A stretch of 64,000 nt of DNA, taken from positions 5,649-69,648 of the forward strand of contig JAFGMC010000010.1 of NCBI GenBank assembly GCA_016927735.1, read 5' to 3'. Below the pieces are notes generated by a model, which saw only the letters and a program-made list of their open reading frames with translations, did not search any database and was not told where the DNA came from. Numbering within the stretch: position 1 is the stretch's first letter; each line of letters starts with the position of its first letter. Positions 9,919-20,027 of the stretch are shown here, piece by piece. Source of the DNA: Alphaproteobacteria bacterium (lineage in GTDB: Bacteria; Pseudomonadota; Alphaproteobacteria; Rs-D84). The translations under genes and the position numbers were made by a program.

Positions 9919-10179
9919 GTGGCAAATCATAAGTCAGCTAAAAAAAGAATTCTCGTAACAGCAAAGAAAAATGCTGTTAATACTGCACGTCGTTCATCTG
10001 TTAAAACAGTCACAAAAAAAGCTGTTAAAGCAATTGAATCAAACGACAAAGCAGCAGCTATTGTTTTATTACGTGATGCTGAATCAAAAATCATGAAAGC
10101 AGCAAAAAAAATCATGCCAAAAAAACGTGCATCCAGAAAAATTTCACGTATGACAAAAAAAGCAAATAAAATTGCTTAA
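9919..10179 (+). CDS. rpsT: 30S ribosomal protein S20
   Basis: ANHKSAKKR...N.ARRS..KT, ASRKISR; GTG start after AAGG RBS. Confidence 0.96.
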   Translation: MANHKSAKKRILVTAKKNAVNTARRSSVKTVTKKAVKAIESNDKAAAIVLLRDAESKIMKAAKKIMPKKRASRKISRMTKKANKIA

Positions 10180-10193
10180 TTGATTCATTATAA

Positions 10194-10229
10194 ATAAAAA
10201 CATCGGGAAATAAATCCCGATGTTTTTTT
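10194..10229. terminator. Bidirectional intrinsic terminator
   Basis: AAAAACATCGGGA-aataaa-TCCCGATGTTTTT. Confidence 0.8.
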
Positions 10230-10242
10230 ATATTGTATATTC

Positions 10243-11226
10243 TTATCTTTTTTTTACACCAACAATTTCTAAAAGCAATTTTGAATCTTTCGGAGTTAGT
10301 TGTTTTTTTAAAACAAGAACTGAATATGTCGCATTCATATCTTCAATCTCTGGAAAATTTTCACTTCTGGTCACAAACAAAGGATTATACTTTGCTTTTT
10401 TAAGATTATTTATCTTTTCTGCGTTAATAACACCAGATTCTTCATTTTTTAAAACACCTAATTCTTTAATTTTTCTTTCTGATATTTCTATTTTATCTAA
10501 TGTTCCATCTTCTTTATAACTTTCAAAAGTTTTTAAAATTTCTCGAATCTTTGCAATTGCCGCCTTTTTAAAAGCGAACGCCAGTATCCCTTTTGGATCA
10601 AAAGTTAAACCATAAAAAATCCTGGTTTTATCTATATTTACTTCATTTCTTTTCTTTTCAAATTCTTTCTTTTTTAAATAAATATCATTACATGATTTTA
10701 ACCATTTATCATATTTTCCAAACCAATTACTTTTAGGTTCGAAATCTTTTTTTACTTTTATTTCTATCTCTGATTTTAATATTAAATTTGTAAGTTCTTG
10801 ATATTCTTGACCCAGACGGCCATATTCATCTAAATCTATTACTTGGGTCCGCATATTTATATCTATTGGTATTATTCGTTTTGCTATATTTTGCTTTTGA
10901 CCGAATCCATCTTTTGGAAATAATTCATCTTTGCGATCACGAAAACTGTCTTGGAAAATTTCTTCTTCTGTTTTATTTTCAAAACCAACTGGTACCTGTT
11001 TACCAGACAAATTTATAAAATTTCCAACATCTGTTTCTAAATCACGTAATCCCAGACCTGTAAAAAATATATTATTTGCAGAATCTATTTCTGGATATTT
11101 ATTTTTATAATCTGGTAAAAAAGTATCTATTAAACCACTCTTGGTTAATCTAAACTTTACACCTTTTGGGGCAAATTCATTCAAATCATCAATTGTAAAT
11201 TTAACAGTCAAAGTATTTAATTTCAT
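10243..11226 (-). CDS. Hypothetical Lys-rich protein
   Basis: 327-aa AT-rich ORF with AAGG RBS; no recognised motif. Confidence 0.65.
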   Translation of the reverse strand: MKLNTLTVKFTIDDLNEFAPKGVKFRLTKSGLIDTFLPDYKNKYPEIDSANNIFFTGLGLRDLETDVGNFINLSGKQVPVGFENKTEEEIFQDSFRDRKDELFPKDGFGQKQNIAKRIIPIDINMRTQVIDLDEYGRLGQEYQELTNLILKSEIEIKVKKDFEPKSNWFGKYDKWLKSCNDIYLKKKEFEKKRNEVNIDKTRIFYGLTFDPKGILAFAFKKAAIAKIREILKTFESYKEDGTLDKIEISERKIKELGVLKNEESGVINAEKINNLKKAKYNPLFVTRSENFPEIEDMNATYSVLVLKKQLTPKDSKLLLEIVGVKKR

Positions 11227-11323
11227 GACAAAAACCTTTTTATTTGTCTAATCATAACACGAAAATAAAAATGCGCCATAAAAAAGACGCACTTTCTACT
11301 TGGATACAAGTATCTCTTTTTTA

Positions 11324-12958
11324 TTAATTCAGAGGGGCACCCCAATGCTGTTGAATATTACGTTCGACATCCATCGGACTGACCAAAACTTGTGGTGTTA
11401 ATATTACAACCAGAACGTCACGTTGACTTTCAGTTTCGCGTGATCCAGAAAGCGCCATAAAGTCTGGGTCGCCAATACCATATCTTGTATCATTATTTGT
11501 TTGTTTTTCAAACCCAGATACAACCAGCATTTGACCAGATTCCATAATAACTTCTTGCATAAAACTGCGTTCTTCAACTTCTGGTAATTGCAAAGTCACT
11601 TCGCCAATTGTCTGGGTAGACATCTTTAACAATTCACGAACAGACATTTTGAACAACAACAAAACCTTGCCATTTTCCAGAACATTTGGCAGCAACTGCA
11701 TTGAAAATCCTGTTTCCAAATCATCTTGATCCACAGTACTTGATTCAACGGTTGTAAAATTACGTGATTCAAATCGTTTAATGTATCCAGTTGTTTTCGT
11801 ATTACTTACTGGGGCAACACGATTATTACGTGTTGTTACACCAACGTTTGTGACCAATGAAACCTTACCTTGTTTTGCCAAAGCTTGAATCAAAGCATTA
11901 CTTCCAGCAGCACCTGATAATGAAGCATTTGCAATTTGATCTGCAGTATATGCACCTGCTGTTTCTGTACCACTGACATCATGTGTTGCACCAGTCAAAG
12001 CAGATACAGCATTTGATAAAACTGCGATATTCATAGAGCTAGCTTCTGTCGTAGCAAGATTATTCTTTGGATTTGCAACAATATTTAAGCCCGACGCTGA
12101 ATTAATTGCAGCCGCCAAGTTCAAACCAAATGCAGAGTTATTAGAAATTGAAACTTGTAATACTTTTACATCAATTGTGACCAATTGTGACAAGCGTTTA
12201 TTTTGCTTTGCAACATATTCCCCTATACGAGATTGAACCGAAGGTGGGGCTGTCACAGTAATTGTACCCAAACTGCGTGACACATTAAAGTTTGCATTAT
12301 CTGTTTTACCAATAATAGAAGTGATAGTTTTTTCAACTTCGTCCCATTCCTTCATTGTAGATTCCAAAGACACCTGGTTTCCATCATCTGTACGAATTGA
12401 TGATTGATAAGAAACCTCTGTTCCCAGCGCATATAATGTCAGTGTTTTCGTTTCTGTTTCATAAAATACAATTGAATTTTTATCATAGTACCATAACAAA
12501 TCTAAATCTGTTGCAACTTGTGATAAAAGACCAGACAACTTGCCAGTATATGCAATATTCATTGCTTTTTTTAATTTCTCAGCATTTATCTGGCTATCTA
12601 TTTTTACAGGGATACCAGTTACAGAATTTATATTATTAGCAAATACAGGCAATGACACAGGTTCATTCAATAATATTGTGACACCAGTATCTGTTTCAAA
12701 ATTAGAAGGTAATTTGTTTTTATGTTCCAAAACAGTAGACTTACTTCCCAGCCATACACCTTCTGACATAGATACAGTATCACCACTGTTAACTTTTGCA
12801 CGAGGATTTTTTGCCAATTCAAAAGCATCATAAGCATTCACAAAATTTTGATCAACTTCTGCAGCAACTTTTTTTGATTCTTTTTGTGCACAACCAAATA
12901 AAAATGGAATCAGGCATAAAGCAAAAGTCTGCCTAAAAATCATAGATGTTCTTTTCAT
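11324..12958 (-). CDS. pilN: Type IVb pilus outer-membrane lipo-secretin (PilN/BfpB family)
   Basis: Lipobox LFGC; secretin-core motifs (IDVKVLQV, ALAKQGKVS, ETGFSMQLLP, LQLPEV, SGQMLVVSGFE, LVVILTP). Confidence 0.82.
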   Translation of the reverse strand: MKRTSMIFRQTFALCLIPFLFGCAQKESKKVAAEVDQNFVNAYDAFELAKNPRAKVNSGDTVSMSEGVWLGSKSTVLEHKNKLPSNFETDTGVTILLNEPVSLPVFANNINSVTGIPVKIDSQINAEKLKKAMNIAYTGKLSGLLSQVATDLDLLWYYDKNSIVFYETETKTLTLYALGTEVSYQSSIRTDDGNQVSLESTMKEWDEVEKTITSIIGKTDNANFNVSRSLGTITVTAPPSVQSRIGEYVAKQNKRLSQLVTIDVKVLQVSISNNSAFGLNLAAAINSASGLNIVANPKNNLATTEASSMNIAVLSNAVSALTGATHDVSGTETAGAYTADQIANASLSGAAGSNALIQALAKQGKVSLVTNVGVTTRNNRVAPVSNTKTTGYIKRFESRNFTTVESSTVDQDDLETGFSMQLLPNVLENGKVLLLFKMSVRELLKMSTQTIGEVTLQLPEVEERSFMQEVIMESGQMLVVSGFEKQTNNDTRYGIGDPDFMALSGSRETESQRDVLVVILTPQVLVSPMDVERNIQQHWGAPLN

Positions 12959-12985
12959 ATTTAATCCTCTCCGGACCCTAATTGT

Positions 12986-13843
12986 TTATTCTTCTGTTGT
13001 TGAAACTACCAGCACCCTATTTCCCTTATAGAATTTTGCATAAGGAATTGGTGTTGCGCGACCAAAGTTACGTACCAATGCTGATGATACATCAACAAAA
13101 CGTCCTTTGAAAACAGCACTCGCTTCGATTGGATATTCGCGAGATGTTGCCCAAACAAAATCCCAACCTTCTTTGTTGCACCAATCTTGTAAAACTTCGT
13201 GCAGCGTTTGACCACTGGCAACAACCCAGCTACGAACCTGGTCTTGTAATTCTTTTGGTGCCTCGGCATCTGCAGATTGATCAACAGAAATTTCATTTGA
13301 TTGTTCATCTGTTGTTTCTGTCACAACAGAATTTAAAGAAAGTTTATTACCACTGCATTTTTTACGAGAATTACGAGATACAGCCAAAACTTCGCCGCCA
13401 TCATCTTCCAACATTTCACGATGCATCAACGGCATTTCTGATTGAGTATTACATTCATCATCAAATCCAGCTGGAACCTGTGAACCATGTAACATATTTG
13501 CACCACCAGACCAACTGGCAGAATTATTATTTGCATTCATATTAAAATTATTTTCAACAACCAAATCTGCGCCAATTTTGGAAACTATTTTTATATTGTC
13601 AGATTTGTTTAAACCACTGCATTCGGCAGATCCAGATTCACAAGAAACATTTACATCAGCGTCCGATCCTGCCATAGGCCAAGTTGGTACTTCATATACT
13701 GGCTTTTGTTTAGAACCATTAAACATTGGTTGATTTTGTGTGTACAAAACTTCTGATGTTACGATCTGTGGGGCATTTTCTGCTGCAAAGCAATATCCCG
13801 CTGCTGTTGCAAACATAGCTATTATCAAAATCTTACGGAACAT
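12986..13843 (-). CDS. TcpQ/PilL-domain periplasmic pilus assembly protein
   Basis: Signal peptide; C-terminal W...GQTLHEVLQDWC..EGW..VW....YPI....F.G.F......L......Y.GNRVLVV pattern typical of the TcpQ domain; directly upstream of the secretin. Confidence 0.78.
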   Translation of the reverse strand: MFRKILIIAMFATAAGYCFAAENAPQIVTSEVLYTQNQPMFNGSKQKPVYEVPTWPMAGSDADVNVSCESGSAECSGLNKSDNIKIVSKIGADLVVENNFNMNANNNSASWSGGANMLHGSQVPAGFDDECNTQSEMPLMHREMLEDDGGEVLAVSRNSRKKCSGNKLSLNSVVTETTDEQSNEISVDQSADAEAPKELQDQVRSWVVASGQTLHEVLQDWCNKEGWDFVWATSREYPIEASAVFKGRFVDVSSALVRNFGRATPIPYAKFYKGNRVLVVSTTEE

Positions 13844-13979
13844 TAAAGCTTCCTTTCCTAAATTTTTATTTTATCATAGCATTATTATAACAACTTGACC
13901 GAATCTGTGCAAGACCTAAAAATTCGCACGAATCGAGAAAAAATGTTATAGTAACGAAATTAACGGCAGGAGCAATTAT

Positions 13980-14528
13980 ATGAATAATATTTCAATATTA
14001 TTTTACATTATTTCAATTGGTTTTATTGTTTTTGGAATTATTACCATTACTTTTTTAATTTTCAATATTAATTCCAAGATAAAAAATCTTACTAAAACAT
14101 CAGCATATCAATATAATTTGATGGTCAAAATACAATCTATATTAAAAAGTAAACATTCGACAAATATTGTGACAGAAAATGCAGAAATGATTTACCAAGA
14201 TTTACTGCAAAATCTGATTCCTATTATGGCAACCATTGATATTATGCCCAGAAACACGTCTGAACATCCACTTTGGCGTGCACTTGGTGGAATTATGGAT
14301 GAATATTCAAAAAATCCTTTTGCACTTGAAAAATTACGTCGTGCAATTAAATTAGATTCAGAAGTTTCAAGAAGTGTTGATAATTATTTAAATCGTGCAG
14401 ATGGATTTTTACGTCATTTAACTGCTACAGAATCGGATGGAATTTTATCAGCTACATTTACAGATGGTCTGCTGGGGCAATCCCTAACATTTTTTGGGCA
14501 AGCAAAACAGTTGGCCGCAAAAGAATAA
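13980..14528 (+). CDS. Hypothetical membrane-anchored protein
   Basis: N-terminal TM helix, AGGAG RBS, apparently co-transcribed with sufBC. Confidence 0.7.
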   Translation: MNNISILFYIISIGFIVFGIITITFLIFNINSKIKNLTKTSAYQYNLMVKIQSILKSKHSTNIVTENAEMIYQDLLQNLIPIMATIDIMPRNTSEHPLWRALGGIMDEYSKNPFALEKLRRAIKLDSEVSRSVDNYLNRADGFLRHLTATESDGILSATFTDGLLGQSLTFFGQAKQLAAKE

Positions 14529-14538
14529 TTAATAAAAT

Positions 14539-15870
14539 ATGAAAACTTTTTCACGGGATATTGTAAAAGAAATATCTGCACTACGTAACGAACCTGAATG
14601 GTTGCTGGCGTGGCGTCTGACCGCTTTTGATGTATGGACAAAAATGAAAGAACCCCATTGGGCAGAAATAAAATATGACCCAATAGACTATGATTCTTTG
14701 AATTATTATAATAAACCCGAACCTATTGATAACTCTGATTTAAAATCTGTTTATGAGAATATGGGTTTACCAGAATCCGAACAAAAAGCACTTATGGGAA
14801 TGGCGACAGATATTGTAATAGACAGTCGCAGTGTTCATACATCTTATACAGATGAATTATCAAGACTGGGGATAATATTTCTCCCATTTTCCGAGGCAGT
14901 TGAAAAATATCCCGATTTGGTTAAAAAACACCTGGGGACTGTTGTACCTGCAGCCGATAATTTTTATGCTGCTTTAAATGCTGCAGTATTTTCTGATGGA
15001 ACCTTTGTTTATGTTCCAAAAAACACAAAATGCCCTATTGATTTGGCCAGCTATTTCCGAATAGAAACTGCAAAAATTGGTCAATTTGAACGTACTTTGA
15101 TTGTTGCAGACGAAGGGGCTGAACTTTCATATCTTGAAGGATGCAGTGCACCCCGCCGACCTAATCATCAGCTGCACAGTGGTGTTGTTGAAGTAATCGC
15201 ATTTGATAATGCGATTGTTAAATATGCAACTGTTCAGAATTGGTATGCAGGTGATTATAAAGAAAATAAAAAACAAACAGGCGGAATATTAAACTTTGTA
15301 ACCAAGCGTGGAAAGTGTTATAAAAATGCGCGTTTGGATTGGACCCAGGTTGAAATTGGATCAGCCATGACGTGGAAATATCCATCAACTATTCTGATGG
15401 GTGATGACGCGTCCAGTGACTTTTACTCTTTAACAATTACACGCGGTTTACAACAAGCAGATACTGGGACAAAAATGATTCATCTAGGGAATAATACAAA
15501 GTCAAATATCGTATCTTATGGTGTGGCACTGGAAGAATCTGTGCAGACATTTCGCAGTCTTGTTCATTTTTCTGGCACAGGTGGCAAGAACGCTTGCAAG
15601 TGTGACAGCCGGATTATTGGTGATACAGCTGTTGCAAATACAATTCCCAGAATTGTTCATAACAATGGTGAAAATGAACAAAGTCATGAGGCTACAACTG
15701 GTGCAATAGATGCAGCTGCCCTTCTTTATTTAAAACAGAGCGGAATTGAAGAAGATGAAGCAACTGCCCTTATTATAAGTGGTTTGGCATCTCCAATTAT
15801 TGGACGACTGCCTATGGAATTTTTGGTGGAAAGCAAACAGCTAATAAAAATGGCATTATCAAAAGAGTAA
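14539..15870 (+). CDS. sufB: Fe-S cluster assembly protein SufB
   Basis: FSDGTFVYVP, GQFERTLI, YLEGCSAP, TWKYPS, QADTGTKM, HEAT motifs. Confidence 0.96.
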   Translation: MKTFSRDIVKEISALRNEPEWLLAWRLTAFDVWTKMKEPHWAEIKYDPIDYDSLNYYNKPEPIDNSDLKSVYENMGLPESEQKALMGMATDIVIDSRSVHTSYTDELSRLGIIFLPFSEAVEKYPDLVKKHLGTVVPAADNFYAALNAAVFSDGTFVYVPKNTKCPIDLASYFRIETAKIGQFERTLIVADEGAELSYLEGCSAPRRPNHQLHSGVVEVIAFDNAIVKYATVQNWYAGDYKENKKQTGGILNFVTKRGKCYKNARLDWTQVEIGSAMTWKYPSTILMGDDASSDFYSLTITRGLQQADTGTKMIHLGNNTKSNIVSYGVALEESVQTFRSLVHFSGTGGKNACKCDSRIIGDTAVANTIPRIVHNNGENEQSHEATTGAIDAAALLYLKQSGIEEDEATALIISGLASPIIGRLPMEFLVESKQLIKMALSKE

Positions 15871-15873
15871 GCA

Positions 15874-16551
15874 ATGTTATTAGAAATAAAAAAATTATCA
15901 GTCAGTTTGGGTGACAAAGAATTACTGTCAGATATAAATATGTCTGTTATGGATGGTGAACGTCATCTGCTGGCTGGACATAATGGCAGCGGTAAATCAA
16001 CACTGGTTCAGACAACTGCCGGAAACCCAGAATATAAAATCGACAGTGGTCAAATTATTTTTGAAGGTCGTGATATTACGAATGAAAATTCCACAACGCG
16101 CGCTTTGCTCGGGATTTTCTTGGGGGCACAAAATGTTCCAGAAATCCCAGGATTAACAGTTATGAGTTTTCTGAAACATTCTGCCATTGCACACAGACAC
16201 TTTCAAACAGGTAAAGATTTATCAATGGGTGAATTTCTGACAAATTTAGAAACTGCACGCGAACGCCTGGATATCCCAAAGCTTTGGCTAAACCGCAGTA
16301 TAAATGTTGGCTTTTCAGGCGGCGAGAGGAAAAAATTAATGTTATTACGCCTGTTGATGACCATACCAAAATTGGCAATCCTGGACGAACCTGATTCAGG
16401 GGCAGATAAATCTGTTCAAGAAATGATTGTAAATGTCATAAAAGAAATGAAACAGACAACATTCCTATTTATCAGCCACCAAGAAAAATTCACGGAAATG
16501 GTTACCCCATCTAAAACAACATATTTGTCATCAGGCAAAATTATGATATAA
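15874..16551 (+). CDS. sufC: Fe-S cluster assembly ATPase SufC
   Basis: GHNGSGKST, NVGFSGGERK, LDEPDSG; follows sufB. Confidence 0.93.
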   Translation: MLLEIKKLSVSLGDKELLSDINMSVMDGERHLLAGHNGSGKSTLVQTTAGNPEYKIDSGQIIFEGRDITNENSTTRALLGIFLGAQNVPEIPGLTVMSFLKHSAIAHRHFQTGKDLSMGEFLTNLETARERLDIPKLWLNRSINVGFSGGERKKLMLLRLLMTIPKLAILDEPDSGADKSVQEMIVNVIKEMKQTTFLFISHQEKFTEMVTPSKTTYLSSGKIMI

Positions 16552-16578
16552 TTAGTACAAGCAAAAAAGGATTGTACA

Positions 16579-17505
16579 ATGGTAAAAAAAATAACCAATT
16601 CAAAACTTTTATCTTGGCTTTTTAATGAACCTGCAAGATTCGCATTATTATCGTTTGGATTAATATTTAGTGTTTCTATTTTATATGTTCTGACCAAGGA
16701 AGTTTTCTATACAAATATTATTGAATCACCACTGCCATTTTTATTATTAGTATTTGGTGTGATGATATTTTCTGTTTATAAACTTATAAAATGGCTTCCT
16801 AAAGATAATATGGACAGACGCAGCTTTATTGCAATTGATAACGGGTTAAGTTTTATTTATTTTGCAATTTTCTTTACACTTACAATACTAATCGCAAGTA
16901 ATTCACAAGATATTGTATTTTATACCGTTTGGTTACAACATTATTCAATGATATTGTTTATGGGCGCCGCATTTATTGGGTCTCTGATTTATCTTTATAT
17001 TCTTGGATTAATGGTTGCAAATTTATACTCTGTTTATCGTCGCGCTATTTCAATGGGAATACCAAAATGGAAGGTTATTTTATCTCTACCATTTACTTTT
17101 TCAATGTTTTGGATAGCCGGTTATTTATTGCCAGAAGATAAAAAAATAAAATCAGCAATTACAATTAAAACTAAATGGTATTCGAGATTAACAGATTGGG
17201 TTTTAAAAAAACCTATTAATACATTAATAAGTTTCTTGTTAATAACAATATTTATGGGATTGTTTTTTGACTTATATTCCAGTTCTTTGACTATATTCTT
17301 TACTATTATATTTGGTGTATGGTTATGGGGTACGGGTTTAAAAAAATTCCAAAAATCTATTGGTGGTGCATTCTCTACATTTGTTTCTGCATTGAATATT
17401 TTGATTGTTGTTTTAATGATTGGATTTCTGGTGTTTACACCAAATAAACAAAAATCGTTTATGCAATATGATGCGGTACAAATAACAGACAAAATAATAA
17501 AATAA
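16579..17505 (+). CDS. Multi-pass membrane protein, unknown function
   Basis: About 8 hydrophobic segments; AAGG RBS. Confidence 0.7.
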   Translation: MVKKITNSKLLSWLFNEPARFALLSFGLIFSVSILYVLTKEVFYTNIIESPLPFLLLVFGVMIFSVYKLIKWLPKDNMDRRSFIAIDNGLSFIYFAIFFTLTILIASNSQDIVFYTVWLQHYSMILFMGAAFIGSLIYLYILGLMVANLYSVYRRAISMGIPKWKVILSLPFTFSMFWIAGYLLPEDKKIKSAITIKTKWYSRLTDWVLKKPINTLISFLLITIFMGLFFDLYSSSLTIFFTIIFGVWLWGTGLKKFQKSIGGAFSTFVSALNILIVVLMIGFLVFTPNKQKSFMQYDAVQITDKIIK

Positions 17506-17539
17506 ATTTATTATTTTATATTGAATACAGGATTAAAAA

Positions 17540-18580
17540 ATGAACGGATTAATTTTATTCATAGGTATAATTTTTATTCTTTGGCTTGGGAAAGCAATCT
17601 TTATACCAATACTTGTTGCTGCATTCATTTGGTACTTGATGAATGCTATATCTACCTATTACAGAAAAGCTATGCCTTTTAAGATAAAAGATAATAAAGA
17701 TACGACATTTTCATCCAGATTATTTGATTGGGTTTCAAAAATTTTATCATTTTTAACATTTTTTGGATTAACATATCTTTTTGTCACACAAATACGACCA
17801 ATGTTTTCAGAACTTGTTATAGCGTTACCAGAAATTCAAGAGAAACTGATGCTGTTGGGTGATTATTTATCTGGATTTTTTGGCTTTTCATTTAATTCAG
17901 AAAACCTTCCTAATATGTCTGGTATTATTACCAGTATCAGTTCTTCTGCAGCTGGATTAATTACAACCACTGGTATGGTTCTGGTTTACATATTCTTTAT
18001 GTTTGTAGAACAAAGTACCTTTACTAAAAAGTTTAGTTCTTTGTTTCCAAATAAAACACAGTCAAAAAAGATGCGTTATATTTTAAACAGTATTGACGAT
18101 AATATGAAAAAATATATGTTTATGAAAACTTTTGTTTCTGGATTTACCGCAATATTATCATACATATGGTTAACACATATTGGATTAGAGTTTGCAGGAA
18201 TATGGGCATTTATTGTTTTTATTATGAACTATATCCCAACTATTGGGGCAATTATTGCATGTTCACTGCCGATTTTATACTCACTCGTAACTGCGGACAC
18301 TATGAATTTGCCAATTTTGACTGCTGTTGGTTTAATTACACTCCAAGTTATACTGGGAAATATATTAGAACCAAAACTTACAGGAAAAACTCTGAACCTT
18401 TCTACGTTAGCAATTTTGATAAACTTGGTATTTTGGGGTATGCTTTGGGGTGTCGCTGGTATGTTTTTCAGTGTTCCGCTGCTGGTGGCAACATTTATTA
18501 TTACTGCCCAGTTTGATTCAACCCGTTGGATTGCTGTATTACTTTCTGCCAACGGCGAAATTCCGGATAAAAATGATTAA
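17540..18580 (+). CDS. AI-2E family transporter
   Basis: NYIPTIG, GNILEPKLTGKTLNLS, FWGMLWGVAGMFFSVP motifs. Confidence 0.88.
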   Translation: MNGLILFIGIIFILWLGKAIFIPILVAAFIWYLMNAISTYYRKAMPFKIKDNKDTTFSSRLFDWVSKILSFLTFFGLTYLFVTQIRPMFSELVIALPEIQEKLMLLGDYLSGFFGFSFNSENLPNMSGIITSISSSAAGLITTTGMVLVYIFFMFVEQSTFTKKFSSLFPNKTQSKKMRYILNSIDDNMKKYMFMKTFVSGFTAILSYIWLTHIGLEFAGIWAFIVFIMNYIPTIGAIIACSLPILYSLVTADTMNLPILTAVGLITLQVILGNILEPKLTGKTLNLSTLAILINLVFWGMLWGVAGMFFSVPLLVATFIITAQFDSTRWIAVLLSANGEIPDKND

Positions 18581-18613
18581 AATAAAAAACCGCCATTTTG
18601 GCGGTTTTTTATT
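18580..18613. terminator. Bidirectional intrinsic terminator
   Basis: AATAAAAAACCGCCA-TTT-TGGCGGTTTTTTATT. Confidence 0.85.
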
Positions 18614-19236
18614 TACTTTGGGTTATATCCAAATATATCACGTTCACCCCAATCCATATCCAGGGCACATCTGGTTGGCAAGAATTCAAAGCATTTTTTT
18701 GCCAAATCAAATTGATTTTTATCCACCAACACATCAGATAAATAATCTTTTAAAATATGCAGATACATAACATCGGTTGCGGCATACTTCTTCTGCTTGG
18801 ACGTTAATTTCTTGGTCCAGTCTGAACAACATTCACCGCCATCCATTTCCACATTAAACAATTCACGAAGGACATTATGCAGCGCATGCCCTTTTTTTGG
18901 TCGTGCTAACAATACGCCAATTTTTGTACAAAATACTGGTATTGCCCAAACACCCAGACGCTTATAAATCATCAATAAGTCCATACGAGCATAATGGAAT
19001 ATTTTTGTAATTTTTGGATTTGATAATAACTTTACAAGATTAGGATAGTTTTGCCCATCGCGAATCTGAATCAAATAATAATCTTCCGAATCACGTGCAC
19101 GCAGTTGCACCAAACAAAGTTTATCACTATGAACATCTAATCCCGTCAGTTCTGTATCCACCGCCAAATCATGTGATTTTGATAAATCCTTTACCTGCCC
19201 TGCAGATAAATCTTGTTCTAAATAAATTATATTCAT
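18613..19236 (-). CDS. rnd: Ribonuclease D-like 3'-5' exonuclease (short form)
   Basis: DEDDy-type motifs AVDTE, KIFHYARMD, YAATDV. Confidence 0.85.
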   Translation of the reverse strand: MNIIYLEQDLSAGQVKDLSKSHDLAVDTELTGLDVHSDKLCLVQLRARDSEDYYLIQIRDGQNYPNLVKLLSNPKITKIFHYARMDLLMIYKRLGVWAIPVFCTKIGVLLARPKKGHALHNVLRELFNVEMDGGECCSDWTKKLTSKQKKYAATDVMYLHILKDYLSDVLVDKNQFDLAKKCFEFLPTRCALDMDWGERDIFGYNPK

Positions 19237-19254
19237 TTTTTCGTCTTTTATTTT

Positions 19255-19695
19255 TTAAATATCGCGTCTTACTAATGCGATCGCATTTTCCAAAATCACT
19301 TTGGCAGATTCGGAATCTAATTTTTGTTTTTTATTTTTTTTGCCTGCCAAATTTTCTTCTGCTGCAACACTGGTCAAATTTTCTTCTACAAAAATTATTG
19401 GTAAATCCGACACGATTGATAGTCCGGTCGCAAATTTACGCACCTCCAATGTTGTTTCAGATTCTGTTCCATTTGATCTGATCGGTAATCCAATAACAAT
19501 TCCAACAACATTTTCTTCCCCTACAATATTTATAATCTTTTCTGTCAGTAATTCATTTTTATATTCAATTTGTGGTCGGGTAAAAATAAATTCTTGGGTC
19601 GGATCAGAAACAGCCAGGCCCACTCTACGTGCGCCCCAATCTATACCTAAAATGCGCCCTGTGCGCGGAAAATCCTTGAAATCCGTTAAAATCAT
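19255..19695 (-). CDS. ruvX: YqgF/RuvX pre-16S rRNA nuclease
   Basis: ILGIDWGARRVGLAVSD, VIGLP, EENLTS, LDSESA..IL; real start is MILTDF at 19695, not the extended ORF start. Confidence 0.9.
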   Translation of the reverse strand: MILTDFKDFPRTGRILGIDWGARRVGLAVSDPTQEFIFTRPQIEYKNELLTEKIINIVGEENVVGIVIGLPIRSNGTESETTLEVRKFATGLSIVSDLPIIFVEENLTSVAAEENLAGKKNKKQKLDSESAKVILENAIALVRRDI

Positions 19696-19732
19696 TGTAT
19701 AATCTTTTGGTGTTTTAATAATAGGATTAACA

Positions 19733-20026
19733 ATGGCATTTAGCAAGCAACAATTGCAGAAATTTGCACACTTGATAAGAATTGAAATTTCAGACGAAAA
19801 ATTAAGTGAAATGAAAATAGATTCAGTAATTGAATGGCTGGACAAATTACAAAAAATTGATACGACCAATGTTGTACCTATGCTTTCCCCATCCGCACAT
19901 TCACTGCCAAGACGCAGTGATATTGTGACAGAAAAAAATAGTCGTGATTCTATATTAAAAAATGCGCCAGATGATGCTGGAAAGGCCCGTGGATACTTCG
20001 CAGTACCAAAAGTTATGGATGAATAA
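19733..20026 (+). CDS. gatC: Asp/Glu-tRNA amidotransferase subunit C
   Basis: AHLIRIE, DTTNVVPM, ILKNAP, YFAVPKV; precedes gatA. Confidence 0.93.
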   Translation: MAFSKQQLQKFAHLIRIEISDEKLSEMKIDSVIEWLDKLQKIDTTNVVPMLSPSAHSLPRRSDIVTEKNSRDSILKNAPDDAGKARGYFAVPKVMDE

Positions 20027-20027
20027 A

